A stretch of DNA of 64,000 bases from Octopus sinensis (GCF_006345805.1 NC_043007.1:3472001-3536000); one strand, 5' to 3'. Numbered from the stretch's first letter, positions 39,673 through 53,772 are shown. Notes: generated by a model not told the origin, from the sequence alone. Program-made: numbers and translations.

Positions 39673-39860
39673 GTATAAAAGACTCAAAGCTTATATTGCT
39701 GGTTATGTCAGCTGTCTGCAGCCAGCAGACTAAGGTGACACTTGTTTATTGGTCATGCTTCAAAAACCCTGCGAATAACTCTTGTAGTTCCAAGCAATGC
39801 TGACTTTTGTAAGTGTTCTACCTCCACACTTGCACCAGTCTTTTTCAGCCATGATGGTTT
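39673..39860 (-). mobile_element. R4/Dong-like 3' end fragment (different subfamily)
   Basis: QKSALLGTTRVIRRVFEA-stop; (AAT)n tail at 39613-39672. Confidence 0.65.
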
Positions 39861-40448
39861 TCGATGGCTGATACTTCCAAGCGCCAACGTTTCGGCCAGC
39901 TCGCCGCCTTAATATAGCAGAAAAAATTACTAATTCTATGAAGACACCGAGTTGGTAGAATCGTTAGAGCATCAGGAAAAATTGCCTGGTGGTATTTCTT
40001 CCGATTCTTCATGTTCTGAGTTCAAATTACACCGAAGTAAACTTTGTCTTTCATCCTTTCGAGGTGAATGAAATAAATTCCCAATTGAGAGTTGGATTCG
40101 ATGCCATTGACTCGCCCCTCCTCTCAGAATTTCTGGTCTTGTGTCAAAAATTAGAATCATCGTTGTCATCCAATTTTTATCATCATTTATTATCATTAGA
40201 AACAACATCTCCAACGTTGTAACGATTTTGTTTTTGTTATTAGAAATTAATTAATATCGCTACAATCTTTATTTTTTCTGTTTGTTTATGAATAGTTTTT
40301 CAATGTCTTTATTAAGCTTTTTGCTCTTTTTTCTAATGTGGTTGTTGTGCTTTTGTTTAGGGCTTTTTTTCTTTTTTGCTCGGTTTTTGGTTTATTGGAG
40401 CTACTTGATGACGACAAGGACGACGACGACGACGACGATGACGATGAC

Positions 40449-40480
<32 letters not shown>

Positions 40481-42770
40481 CTACGACAACAGTGTTGGTG
40501 GCGGTGATGTTAATGGTGGTGGTAGCAGTGGTGATGTAGGTGGTTTTGGTGGGGCTGTTTCTTCGCTGGTGCTGGTGGCGATGGAGACGACGGGATACGA
40601 TAAGCAGGATTCGTAATGATGATGAATATATTATGTACTTTCACTTTCCCTTTCAGAATACAATTATCTAATATCTCTTTGGAAAGGAGATTAATTCTAT
40701 TTCATTGTATTGAAAATAACAAACATTGTGCTTGTCATGATTGTTTTTCCCTTTTATATTTCCTACTCGACAGGAAAACATTTGCTTATTATTTCTATTA
40801 TGTCTCTCCACTTCTCTTGCACACACACATTTTTTTATCTCTCTCTCCCTCTGTTTTGATTTCGTTATTTCACCCCCGGCTCTCCTTTCCAGTATATAAA
40901 GAGAGCGGAGGGCGGAAAAGAAAAGAAGAGAATACAAGGCAATATGTTAGAGCTAAAATGTGTGAGTGTTTCGGCACACATTGCAGAAATGTTCCGAAGT
41001 GAATTCAATGCCTTAAGTATGGATTTGTTTACGGATACTACGCTGGTAATCTTCTATCTTCATCAGCCGTTTTATACACAAACTCGGGAGTGAGCAATAG
41101 AAAGTTAAATCTTCTTTTTTTTTTAGAATTTAACTAAAAACTTGCCACGGGAATCCTCATTGGATTCAAACGCTTGTTAGCACTATCTTTTCAGGAAACC
41201 TGGGGAAGAAATAATATAATTAATCACTAGAAATTCTAATAACCTACATATAACCATACATATATTGGGCTGAAGTATTAGTAAAAGAATGCCTAACAAT
41301 TTTCGCCAACAAAGTAACATTTAATTATGCTACGTATTAGCAGGATGCGACGCAGAAAAGAAACTGTTCCAAATAATAAAATACATACAATACATACAAA
41401 AATATAACACAGAGACAATCATAAATAGAAAAATAAATATCTTCAATTGTATTCTTAGTATGAACGCACTATCTAATATCGAGAGAAACTTCCATAAATT
41501 TCTAAGCAAACATTTCGTCACCAATCACTAACACCCCAAGGTATTTCGATAAGAGCAATGTAAAAATTAGTTATAGTTGCAGCGAAAATATCATAACTTT
41601 TGTAGCTATATGGATTAATCAAAGCTTCCACTTGTATCCATCTCCAGCAGCACCACATCCTATCAAGCCAATGGCAAATTTATTCATATGCTCACACACA
41701 CAAACCACGCACACGCACATGTACGTGCAAGTGCGCGCACGCACACATAAGACGCACATGCATTGATATATATACACACAAATATGTAGAGTTATACATA
41801 TACATCTATATAATAATTTTCATGTTCGTTCGCCCGTTATACTTTATTTAATTAAGAAGTGGATGTAAAGTGAGTGAAAGGTGGAGTAAAAGTGAGAGAG
41901 AGAAGGGAGGAGGGTGAGTATAAAAGAAATGTTAGGAAGAAGTAAAGAAGGACGTATAATAAAGCCAAATGTGTCACGTGGTTAGTTGAAAGGAGGCGCG
42001 AAGTGAGTGAGAAAAAGACGGCGAGGGAAAAGAGGGAGAGAGAAGTGTTAACGATGTGCTGTAGGTTGGGGAGGGAAAGGTAAAAAGAGAGAGAGAGATG
42101 TTTAGGATACAATATTTAGCAGAGGATGATGTTCTGGTGATTATGTTAAAGAAAGGCAGATAGGCACAGACGTGGCTATGTGGTAAGAAGTTTGCATTCC
42201 AACCATGGTTCCGGGTTCAGTCCTACTGCGTCGCACTTTGGGCAAGGCCTTGTGGGTGGGCTTGGTGGTGGTGTGGTGGTGGTGGTGTGTTGATAAAGAA
42301 AGTATTTTTTCATTGAGTTAAATCTATAATATTCATCTTCCTGTTCGTTCACACTTCACGCTTTTAGAGAGGATGAAGAAGTGAAGATAGGGTGTGAGAG
42401 AGAGGAAGAGGGAATGTGAGAGTGAGTGAGTGAGAGAACAGATAGCCAGCCGATTCATTATGCTGTTACTTATGTGGTTAGTGGAAGTGGGAGGTGAAGA
42501 GAGAGAAAAATGTTAAAGACGTGAAGAAGGGAATTGCATGGTTAAAAAGTTTGTTGAAGAGGTAGAGAGAAAGAAAGAAACATAAAGTGCTTAGCAGAGG
42601 GACATTTTAAAATCATAAGATGTATTATTGTGACTGGAAGTTAATAAAAATGCAAATGACCCTATCTTTCTTAAATAGCTTATCTTAAATCTTTTTCCTT
42701 CTGTGGAATTTCCACGAGTCCCACTCGTAAATATTGATTCTCGTACGTCTCAATAGACACACACACACAC

Positions 42771-42824
<54 letters not shown>

Positions 42825-42926
42825 ATGTGTGTGTATATATATATATATATATATGCATACATACACCATACACATATATGTAAGTATGTATGTATGCATA
42901 CATATATTCATCATCATTATTATTAT

Positions 42927-43528
42927 TTTGTCTATTTTGCAAGACTCTTGGATAGTTCTTAATTACCGGATATTCTTTACTTGAAAGCAGATAATAGCAA
43001 ATCACCAATGGTTTCGAGTAGTGCCTTCTCCTGTGACTCAAAGAGACGATACCCCCCTTAGAATGCGAGCTGTACCCAACAATGCTGTCTTCTGGATCAC
43101 CTCAAGCCTGACAGCAGATCCAATATTCTTAATATGTTTTTCAAGGCTCTTGGAAACTGCTCCTTATGCTCCAATTGCCACAAGGTATCACCATTACTTT
43201 CCTCATGCCCCATAACTTCCCCATCTCATCCCGCAGTGGCGGCTATTTCTCACACTTTTCTGTTTCCTTACATTTCTCCCCCGAATCCCCTAATATTGCA
43301 ACATCCATTATCTTTGCTGCTTTCTCATTTTTATGGATGATCACGATATCTCGCCTCAAATAACTTGGTCGCACTTCATATTAAAATCCCAGAGTATTTT
43401 GTAATGTTCATTTTCCATTACTCCCTCTGGCTTCTGTTCATACCATTCTTCGGCTCTCTCGAGGTTGCTTTACACACAACAGCCAGTGGACATATCAGGA
43501 CACATTGTCGTGTCTCCTTTTGTATTCG
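42927..43528 (-). mobile_element. R4/Dong-like RLE-domain fragment
   Basis: Degenerate D.VII...IMDVAI.GD, IP.VAIGALGAVS, IQKTALLGTARILR; (ATT)n flanks. Confidence 0.75.
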
Positions 43529-43580
<52 letters not shown>

Positions 43581-44111
43581 TATTATTATTATTATTATTG
43601 TTGTTGTTGTTGTTGTTATTATTATTATTAATTTTGCTCTGGTTCGTTTTTATTCCTGGTATAATTTGTGCGGGTAGCGAATTACCACCTGTAACCTCAG
43701 GTATCCACAAACTTTAAGTAGTCTCTCAAGTGCTTAAAACCCTCCTGGTAATCTCACAACAAGCAAAATTGAAATCGTTGTTGTTGCTGTTGTTGCAGTG
43801 GTGATGGTGGTAGTGGTGGTATTGTTGTTGCTGTTGTCAGTGAGAAACACAGAACACGTAATTGGTATCTTTAAGCTTTATACGACAGACTTCTCCTCGA
43901 GTCGATTAGTGTTGTTGCTTATATGTAAATATGTATGTATGAATTTATATTTAGTCCCTCCTAGCGTGAGGCATTTATTTGTAATAGTACCCTCTATTTA
44001 ATATAAATAAATAAATTTAAAGGAAAAAATTGATGGGTTTTTTTTTCCCTTATGAGGTTTTTCACGCTAACTACTTGATAAATTCTTGTGAAGAGTTTAT
44101 CCTATTTTTAA

Positions 44112-44142
<31 letters not shown>

Positions 44143-44164
44143 TGTATGTATGTATGCATGTATG

Positions 44165-44200
<36 letters not shown>

Positions 44201-44971
44201 TATATATATATGTATATATATATACACACACATATATACATACACATCTATATATGTATATACTGTAAAATTAGTGGTTTGGATTTTAGCTGTTCTTTCT
44301 AGCGTAAAGGATTCCTATGATGGAAACCTCTTAATGTGTTTAAATGTACACTGTATTTCATATGAATAATATATAGTCTATTGACTAATTTTTCTATACA
44401 CTAGGCCACTAGTAGTAAATACTTCTAAAATCTTTATAACTCTGATATCATTAATTATGTATATACTGTATGTAAGTGTGTATGTATGTATTGCATTGGC
44501 ATTATTTTTCATTTATTTCTCTAGGACAAAAACATAAATACCAAAAGTACAAGTCTGAGAATTCCTTGAAATTTATCTTACCATTTTCCAGTGCTACAAA
44601 TCATTAATTATTAGTATTGCTTTTACTCTCATTCCATAAGTCTTCCATTTCAGGATGTCAAATATTGTGTATCATACAAAATATCACATATCGATCTTTA
44701 ATGCATCATTTATGACATGTCATGTAAATTTATGACATTCGCGACATTCCAGATATCATTAATAGTGCAAAGTTGGTTCATAAATATCTGGAATTGAAAC
44801 CGGATCGCAAGCACGGCTTGTTCGTATTTCACGATCTATGACGCAGCGCTCACCAACAGTTGCGACGATCGACCCTATTCAAACAACCAGTGGCAACATT
44901 CACCCACATATACACACACCTACACACGCACACACAGAGACACACACACACACATTCATACTGGTATTATA

Positions 44972-45010
<39 letters not shown>

Positions 45011-45011
<1 letters not shown>

Positions 45012-45883
45012 TTTGATACTTTGATACTTTGATAGGTTCGGCCATTATTGGCCAGGCCATGTCTAACTTAATAGCACCACCTGTGAATCTTTCAAGTCAG
45101 AATTGGGCACTATGGCCCATCAAGTAGAGAGTTATTGTTTACAGAGACATATCCGGGTGTAGGGGGTTTATCCGGGATTTCTTGAAGGAATCTGTCAAAG
45201 ACTTCTTGAACCTATAGGGTCAGTTTCTGTTTTAATGTGTTTTGGTAATGTTAAAGAGAGCGGGGCCAATTGAGGTGAAATAATTGTGCCGTATTGTTGT
45301 TATGAGATGAGAGTGCGACTTTTGTTTTGGGCGGATGGCACGGGGCCCAAGCCTTGGACCTTAAGGTGATGCCAACATCATTTGGGCAATGCTGATGGAA
45401 TATTTTCCACATCATGCAGATGATGTAGCGCTCACGACGACGTTGGAGAGAATAGAGTTTTAGCTTTCTAGTCGACCCCAATAGTCGAGGCCTGTCATGC
45501 CATCTATCTTTTTGTGATTGCCCTTTGAGGTGCTTCAACTTTTATGATACCTTGTATTGTGTGGGGAGACCACAGTGGACAACAGTATTCAAGGTGGGGT
45601 CGGGCAAAGTGGAGAAGAGAAGGATAATGGTGTGGATATCTCTCGACTGGAAAGTTCTGAGAATCCAGGACACATTCTGCTGCGGCCATGTCAACTTGGT
45701 GTTTATATGAGTGGCCCAGCTTACGTTGTTGTCCACAATTACTCCTAAGTCTCTGATGTTGTTGGACGCCGCGAGAGTTTCACCTGAAGGAAGGGAGTAT
45801 GGGAGTTTCAGGGCATCCTCTTTTCCAAAGTGGATTAGCTCAAATTTATCCTCGTTCAGCAGCATATTGTTTTTTTCTGCCCA
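45011..45883 (-). mobile_element. CR1-like LINE 3' end
   Basis: WAEKNNM.LNEDKFELIHFG, RDLGVIVD, RPHLEYCCPLWSP, LYSLQRRRER; (AAAGTATC)3 tail at 45011-45033. Confidence 0.85.
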
Positions 45884-46141
45884 TATATATATATATGTGT
45901 GTGTGCGTGTGTGTGTATGTATATATATATATATATATAAGAAATTAAAAAAGGAATATACGCACACTTACATAGTTTTAATATAATTTTTAATATATCG
46001 ACCGGTTTCGCTATCGCTTTTCTGTTGCTACTATATATATAATATATATATATTATGTATGTATATGTATGTATAATGTATGTGTGTATATGTATGTATA
46101 TGTATGTGTGTATATGTATATTATGTATGTGTGTATATGTA

Positions 46142-46208
<67 letters not shown>

Positions 46209-46489
46209 GGTGTGTGTGTATGTATGTATGTATGTATATTGTTTCGAATTTGTGTGAATGTGTAAAGAAAAATATATAAAGTTAACCTGGTCTGGTTTTC
46301 CCGTTTTTATTATGGTATTTTAACACCAAAAAGATATCTTGTAATGCTCATAAAGTTAAATTAGCGCTTTCATCGGATTTCAAATGTGTTTAACTGACAG
46401 TTGAGTTTTTGACGACTTTAGTTCTTCTTAGAACGCTCCAACAAGCTGAATTTTTAGAATATGATTTTAACCATTCCACATGCATCTCA

Positions 46490-46990
46490 AACATCACGGT
46501 TTGCCAGGTATACCGATATTCTGTAATTTGTTTATATTTATAAGCTAGAGATATTTTTTTATCCGTATCATTAACTGGTTGCTATATTATTGCTGTTATT
46601 TCCATTCAGAACAGGTGTGAACATTTTAATTAACCGTTTTCCTTTCATCTTTCTTCCAACCTCATTTGTGTCACGTAGTTTGTGGAAAGGAAAAATTAGA
46701 AACATTTTCTGACCACATGTCTCTATATGTTCAGTCAATGGAATTTGACAAACATTGGTGCTCCGGACTTGTTATCTGTGAGCATTCCGATAACGTGAGC
46801 ATTCCGATAACGTGAGCATTCCGATAACGCATTCCCTGACTCGCCTATATATAATTCCTCACAATTCGGGCATTTAATGCAGTAGATCGAATTTCTGCTT
46901 TTGGAGTTCATATCTGCATTTGCGAATCCACATACAACAAATTTGGAACACCAATGTTCACCAAATTCCATCTGAATGGTCAAAACCCAG
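46490..46990 (-). mobile_element. Second PLE family, GIY-YIG fragment
   Basis: SIYCIKCPNCEELYIGESGNAL followed by a degenerate HIETCG..FLIFPF-like segment; 17-bp unit triplicated at 46778-46828. Confidence 0.7.
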
Positions 46991-47430
46991 TCATAGTGCT
47001 GTAGGTGCAGCTTCTTCTTGGACGGAAGCCATGCAGTGTATTGTTCAGTGGGTCATTTTCTTCTAGGAACATTATCAACTTCTTTCCGATGATTCGCTCC
47101 ATGACTTTACTGACATGTGAGGTCAGATAGATTGGCCTGTAGTTTTTGGCCCCTGATCTATTTCCACCTTTGTGGATAGGGCATATAATGCCTTCTTTCA
47201 GTTTTCAGGAAGTTTACCACTTGCAAGGGAACTTTGGAAAAGTATCTGAAGTGGTTTCGCTAAAGCCTGCTTACATGACTTTAGGGGAATAGCTGGGAAG
47301 CCACCAGGACCAGTGGCAGAGCATGAGCTCATTTCATCTACGACCGTTATTAACTCTGTTTCCTAAATGTTGATGTAATCAATGGCAGGCGCCTCCTTTT
47401 TTAGAGCTGCAATATAAAAGAATTCGGCCG
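46990..47430 (-). mobile_element. CR1-like RT N-terminal fragment
   Basis: MERII...FLEEN..L...HGFRPRRSC motif, degenerate. Confidence 0.7.
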
Positions 47431-47537
47431 GATTTTTTATCTGCATGTGTCCAAGGGGGGAAGTGAAGACATTTTAAAATTGTTCATGGAGTATCTCATT
47501 TATCTTTCCTGAGTCCGCTGTCAGTGAGTTATAGGTA

Positions 47538-47905
47538 TAGGCGCTGGGGTGACTGTGTGGTAAGAAGTTACCTTCCCAACCATACGGTTCCGAGTTCGGC
47601 CCCTGGGTGTCTTCTCTCATAACCATGGGTTCACTAAATCCTCGTGGATGGATTTTGTAGAAGGAAACCGAAAGAGGCTCGTGGTTTGTGTATGTGCGTG
47701 CGCACAAACGTGTGTGCGCATCTTTGTGATGTATTTGTCCCGAACACCGCTTGACTGCCGGCGTTGGTATATTTAAATTCCCGTAACTTAGCTGTTCTTC
47801 GAAAGAGACCCTTGGAATATGTAAAGGCTTTTTAAAAATTAGCTCTTCGAGATGGTACCCCAGCATTGCCGGAGTCTAATGACTGAAGCAAGTAAAATTT
47901 AAAGA
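47538..47905 (+). mobile_element. SINE family B, diverged
   Basis: Head, body and tail recognisable. Confidence 0.75.
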
Positions 47906-48593
47906 AAAAGATAGACGATGTATCAAAATATTACGAAAGGTTCAAATGTATACATTTGAGACATTACTGAAAATTTCCACTAACGACGGCTTATTTTTCA
48001 TCATAACTTTATGACAGTATTAAAGGGAATTAGAAGAATAGTCTTCCTACTATTGTTTTCATCGTCGTTATTGTACTTGCTGTTGTTGTTATTGTTGTTG
48101 TTGTTTTATGCTGTTGTTGTTTTGTTTTTCTTTTAGCAGGTCAAGCAACAAATTAGAAGCTTTCAAGTACCGTCAGATTAACCCATTCATCCATTTCTAA
48201 TGATTGAAGCCTCACCCTGCCAGCTTTTCTTTTTTGCTGCTGGTTAGCTCTACCTATTAAGTACGGCCAATTAAGAGTTGGACGAGATGTAATCAGGTAA
48301 TTAGCTCTGTCTATCGACACGGGAACTGGTTGCTGAAATTTTACTTTGCTGAGAAAAATTATCAGTACGGTCAAAAATATGATACAGCTAAGAACTTTCC
48401 AAATTGAGAACGGACTCTCAGACGAAATCTTATTTGTCTGCATCCTGGATACATTAGTAACGGTTATAAAGGTTGTTGTGGCTTCAATGCTATTCTAAGA
48501 TATAAATGTAAGCATGACGTGCTTATAGTACGTTTCAAGGGAGAATATAGTCTCCAGTATATAGATATAAAGGGATTATATTGAAAACATATA

Positions 48594-49095
48594 AGGCGTA
48601 GGAGTAGATGTGTAGTAAGTAGCTTGCTTACCAACCACATGGTTCCGGGTTCAGTCCCACTGTGTGGCACCTTGGGCAAGTGTCTTCTACTATAGCCTCA
48701 GGCTGACCAAAGCCTTGTGAGTGGATTTAGTAGACGGAAACTGAAAGAAGCCCGTTGTATATGTATGTGTGTATATATATATATATATGTGTGTATGTAT
48801 GTATGTATGTATATATATATATATGTGTGTGTGTGTATGTATGTATGTATGTATGTATGTATGTATGTATGTATGTATGTGTGTATATATGTTTGTGTGC
48901 CTGTGTTTGTACCCCCAACATCGCTTGAGAACCGATGCTGGTGTGTTCACGTCCCCGTAACTTAGCAGTTCAGCAAAAGAGACCAATAGAATAAGTACTA
49001 GGCTTCCAAAGAATAAGTCCTGGGGTCGATTTGCTCGACTAAAAGGTGGTGCTCCAGCATGGCCACAGTAAAATGACTGAAACAAGTAAAAGAGT

Positions 49096-49098
<3 letters not shown>
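48594..49098 (+). mobile_element. SINE family B
   Basis: Matches 5480-5897 with expanded internal microsatellite. Confidence 0.85.
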
Positions 49099-49134
<36 letters not shown>

Positions 49135-49726
49135 CAGCTTATAAATTATGGAGTAATGTAGACATTCTGAGAATCATCTGTTATGTAACTTGTCCATCAT
49201 TCCACCTTTACCTGACTCATACATTCATTTGTGTAATCATCCGCATTGACTCGCGCCGCACCTCTTACTTGCTTATTTCTTTTTTTCTTCTTATCTCCTC
49301 TTCTATTTCATGTCTTTCTTTCATAATATTCTACGAGTCATTTTTTCTTCTAATTTGTTTTGTTTTGTTTTTTTTCACAGTAATTCTAAAGATTTTTGTG
49401 CAGATTAAGAGACGTGTGTCCTTTCTGCCATATAAAAATTCTGTACTCCAACTGAAAAGAAACATTCTTTTTTCTCTCAAAATTAAAAGTTGATGCCAAT
49501 CGTATATTTAGTCAAATGAATTACGCAAAACAGGAAACGTGAAGTAAAGCGCGATAGAAATCTGTAGTTTGTATTGCTTTATAAACATTTACATAACTCT
49601 ATACATTTTCATTAATTATTGTATATATGAGTTCAGTAAAAATTTAGATTCAGATGAATATGGTACTTAAGTTAAAGGCACCAGAATTTAGTATGCTATT
49701 ATCCATACAATTTAAAATAAGGTGAT

Positions 49727-49838
49727 TATAATCAAAATAAGCAACAAGGATATCCGGAGGTAATGCAGTACGATCGTTTCATGGCGTTTCGGTCGTACTG
49801 CATACCTCTGAATATCCTTGTTGCTTATTTTGATTATA
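49727..49838. repeat. 112-nt near-perfect inverted repeat
   Basis: Arms of about 49 nt (TATAATCAAAATAAGCAACAAGGATAT...GCAGTACGA) with 3 substitutions, 1 indel and a 13-nt loop. Confidence 0.95.
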
Positions 49839-49852
49839 TATTACATATATAT

Positions 49853-49897
<45 letters not shown>

Positions 49898-51559
49898 TAT
49901 ATTATATAATATATATATATATTATATGTATGTATGTATATAAATATATTCGATAGTATAGTTAAACATTACGTGGAGTTTTATATGTGTGCTTCTGTGT
50001 GTGTGTGTGTAAATCCAAGAGTTAAGGAATGGAGTCGATAACATCTCAGCTACATATGTTTCTTAGCGAATGGAACCTCGGAAGTGGTCTATATCCAAGC
50101 GAGGTGTATACAGCAGGCTACTTTTCGGGCCAAGGGTCTCTTGATTAAATGAAGTTTAATTTGTTGTTAGGAAGCCCATGTTAACATACGGAGCGTTCGA
50201 TTCTGATCGAATCCCTCGATCATACTGTATGTTTGATGGTCGACTTATGCCGTAGATATAAGCGTAACCAACAATCCGATAATCTTGAGGTCGACATCTA
50301 TGTCATGTCGACTTGTACCCCGCAATTTACAGTATTTTCTTTTACACAGGGAATAGTTGCGGCAAAGAGTAATGTTAATCCCTGAGGAGCTGAAAAGAAT
50401 GTTTGCCAGAGACCTGTTCCACAGCCATTTCCGAGCCCATACTGTTGTAACTATTTTCACACGTTAACTGTATTGGGTCCCCGCACACTATTCGATCCCT
50501 GAACCCTTACTGTCAGAGAAAGCGGTATTTAGCAGACTAGAAAGAATGAAAGTGAACATAGAGTTCGCAAAGTTATGTTTTAAAGTGATAACAGAGAAAT
50601 ATATGTGTTTGCCATAATATAATGTCATAAATATATGCGCAGACGAGGAGATTACAGACTTTTGAAAAATGTGTTTCTATAAAGAAGAAAAAAGTGTTGC
50701 AAACAAACGCTGTACCATATCTAATATAAGCTTTCGCAGCAGTCTAAAACGAGATGGTATCTCATGAAATTTTAATGAACAAAGTTTTCAAACATATAAA
50801 AATACTGTAACTGTAGTTGAAACATTTTCTTTTTTGTCGGAAAGGATAGTTGAAGAGAGTAAGTAAAGAAGATACTATTCGTATGAGACTTACATTTATT
50901 CTTTCAGTATGGTTACAAAGAATGTAGCAACTCTCTATTCGAAATATATACAAATATGACGAGATACACAGCAGTAATAATTTATATTTCGTCCTTCTCT
51001 ACTTTTGGGTCGTTAACTCTCTGAGGGTATTTCCAATTTGTGGTTTTCTCATGTTGTGAAAATAAAATAGCTACAATATATTTCAGAATTGTTAATGCTG
51101 ATTAGATGAATTTAATACAGACATGCACAATAGAATTGTGTAATAATTTATTACATTCTGTTCACTTAATAAGTTCTTGGAAAAGTTGAGAGTTTTTTCA
51201 AGAGATTCCTTTATTAATTTTTAAAAATTACAAAACTCTAATCTCCATCAAAATAGGATTTTCTCACTTCGGTATAATTGCTGCAACGTTCCATTCCTTC
51301 GTGTAGGCCCTATGGAAGTCCTCCAAAATGAAGGTATCCAAGACTTCTGTCACATCCACCTTCATCTCCTCAATGTCTTCAGAATGACTGTCCCTGTGTT
51401 TACATTTGGGGTCTATTTCTAGCAGACTGGTGTAGTAATCATTCAGCACTCTTATTATAATTTTAATATAAATTAACCATTATGGCATTTTTAGTATGCT
51501 GACCACAGATACATCATTAAATAATGACTTATCCTAATTACGTATACATAATATATTAT

Positions 51560-51605
<46 letters not shown>

Positions 51606-51612
51606 TAATATA

Positions 51613-51654
<42 letters not shown>

Positions 51655-52058
51655 GAAAAATACAAACTGGGTCAAGAATGTAAAACATTTAGAAGACGAT
51701 ACAAAAAACACGGACGGGACATTCGAAGCCTTCAATCTTCAGTCAAACCGGATCATCCTCGCAATTTCGGCTGATATATATATATATATATAATATATAT
51801 ATATATATAACATTTAAATAATGAGGGAGATAAATTGAATATTAATCTAATTAATATCAATTTAAAACCAGTAGCCTATAAAAAATCTGAAAAATCAGAG
51901 AAAATTTCAATGCATGTGCATATTTAGGGCTAAAAAACCACTATGTGGACAGCCAATAGTGTATTTTTAGTTAGATCGTATGTGGTCTTCTTCTAGCATA
52001 TGGCTGGTCCACAGTGTTTTTTTAGCCCTAAATATACACAGATATATATATTATATAT

Positions 52059-52107
<49 letters not shown>

Positions 52108-52604
52108 ACGTGTGTGCGTATATATAGGTATGTACGATGATTGTCTCATCTTGTTAGATGATGGCCGTTTCACGATGGCGAGATATCTGTGCGTCATTGA
52201 ATTTAAGCGACAAAAGCTTGTGCAACACGTTCGCTACTCTGATGGTCACTGTAGTAGGTTCGAGTGACAAGCAGTGCAAGGTGGGAAACACTTGGGAAAC
52301 GAAATGAGGTGAAATGAGGAATTCGGTTACAAGTTTATAATAATTGGTATCTACTTATTAAATTCCAACAAACTCCAAGATGGTTATTTTTCATCTGTCC
52401 GGTTTTCCATTCATTTTCTTGCATTTGGGAGAAAGATTCTCCGACATATTTGTGTGTGTGTGTGTGTGTGTGTGTGGTGTATATATATATGCATACTTTT
52501 ACTGACACAGACCAAAAATGAAAGAAGTACGCTGCCAGCACGAAGAAAAGCTATGATATACGCGTGTATATGTATACATACATACACAGATATGTGTGTG
52601 TATT

Positions 52605-52645
<41 letters not shown>

Positions 52646-53703
52646 GTGTGCGTGTGTGTGTGTATACGAGTGTGTGTAGCGAAGCGCATCTACTCCTTTA
52701 TCCATCTCTATTCAGAAGGCTTTGCTCCACTGTGTTCTATGATAGAAAGCACTAATTTGTCTACGATACTCTGCAGTAGAATTGAATCCAAAATCATTCG
52801 TTTATGAGACACATGTAAACCACACAGCTTGAAATATTCTAGTATGCAGCATAATTCTCTATTTCGAAACTTAAAGCAAAAAATTTGATTCAAATTAACA
52901 AAACTAAAATATACTTCGAAAAATATACTTCGTGCCTAACCTTATCTTTTTGCGAAACTCACAAGAGAACATAGCCTAGCTCAATCTAACAGCGGTTGAA
53001 CAAAAGTGTTTTATATCGTTTAATATCAGATAGAGTAATTCCCAAGCTTCTTAACTTATTTACTCGCTATCTATAAAAGAAGAAAACCACAAATTGGAAA
53101 TACGCTATTTTCCATAGGCGACTTAAAAACTTGTTCTAAATCTTCGGTACAAAGAAATAATTATTCTATGCCGTTTCTGTTAGAAATAGCGAAAATTTTT
53201 CTTGACAATGTTTTGTCATAAGAAGGTACTATAAAAATATCCTACGTGACTCATTTGATAAGGTTATGCTGGAAGGGATATACATATTTATGTTTGTTGC
53301 TTAAGAGTGATCATATTAAAATAACAAAGTACAGAAAAATCTCGATGAGAATGAATAGATAAATAGCCTCAGTCATTCACAAAAAAGAAAATAGTATCCC
53401 TCTTTAAAAATGTCTATTGTGTTGTCGTGTTGTAAATATCACGCTTGGGAAACGAAATGAGGTGAAATAAGGAATTCAGTTACAAGGTTTATAATAATTG
53501 GTATCTACTTATTAAATTCCAACAAACTCCAAGATGGTTCTTTTTCTTCTGTCCGGTTTTCCGTTCATTTTCTTGCATTTAGGATTCATTCCTTTTATTC
53601 TTGCCACGCGCGCACTTACACGCGCGCGAGCACATACTCATATACATTTACACACACACACATATACATACAACACACACGTATATATAAAGCTATGTAA
53701 ATA

Positions 53704-53772
<69 letters not shown>

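Noticed and set aside
40338-40616. Poly-Asp ORF; also poly-Met/Ile, poly-Leu, poly-Tyr and poly-Gln ORFs at 35.4, 39.3-39.7, 43.5 and 54.5 kb
   Set aside because: Trinucleotide repeat tracts with no domain or splice support
46778-46828. Three 17-bp direct repeats (CRISPR-like at first glance)
   Set aside because: No spacers; local slippage inside a PLE fragment in a eukaryotic genome
51264-51449. Protein-like ORF (DVTEVLDTFILEDFHRAYTKEWNVAAIIPK)
   Set aside because: Resembles the LINE pre-RT W..A.IIP motif and lacks a pyrimidine-rich acceptor; probably a retroelement relic
51718-51755. CTGAAGA...GAA hammerhead-like string on the minus strand
   Set aside because: GAAT instead of GAAA, no stem III and no stem I pairing
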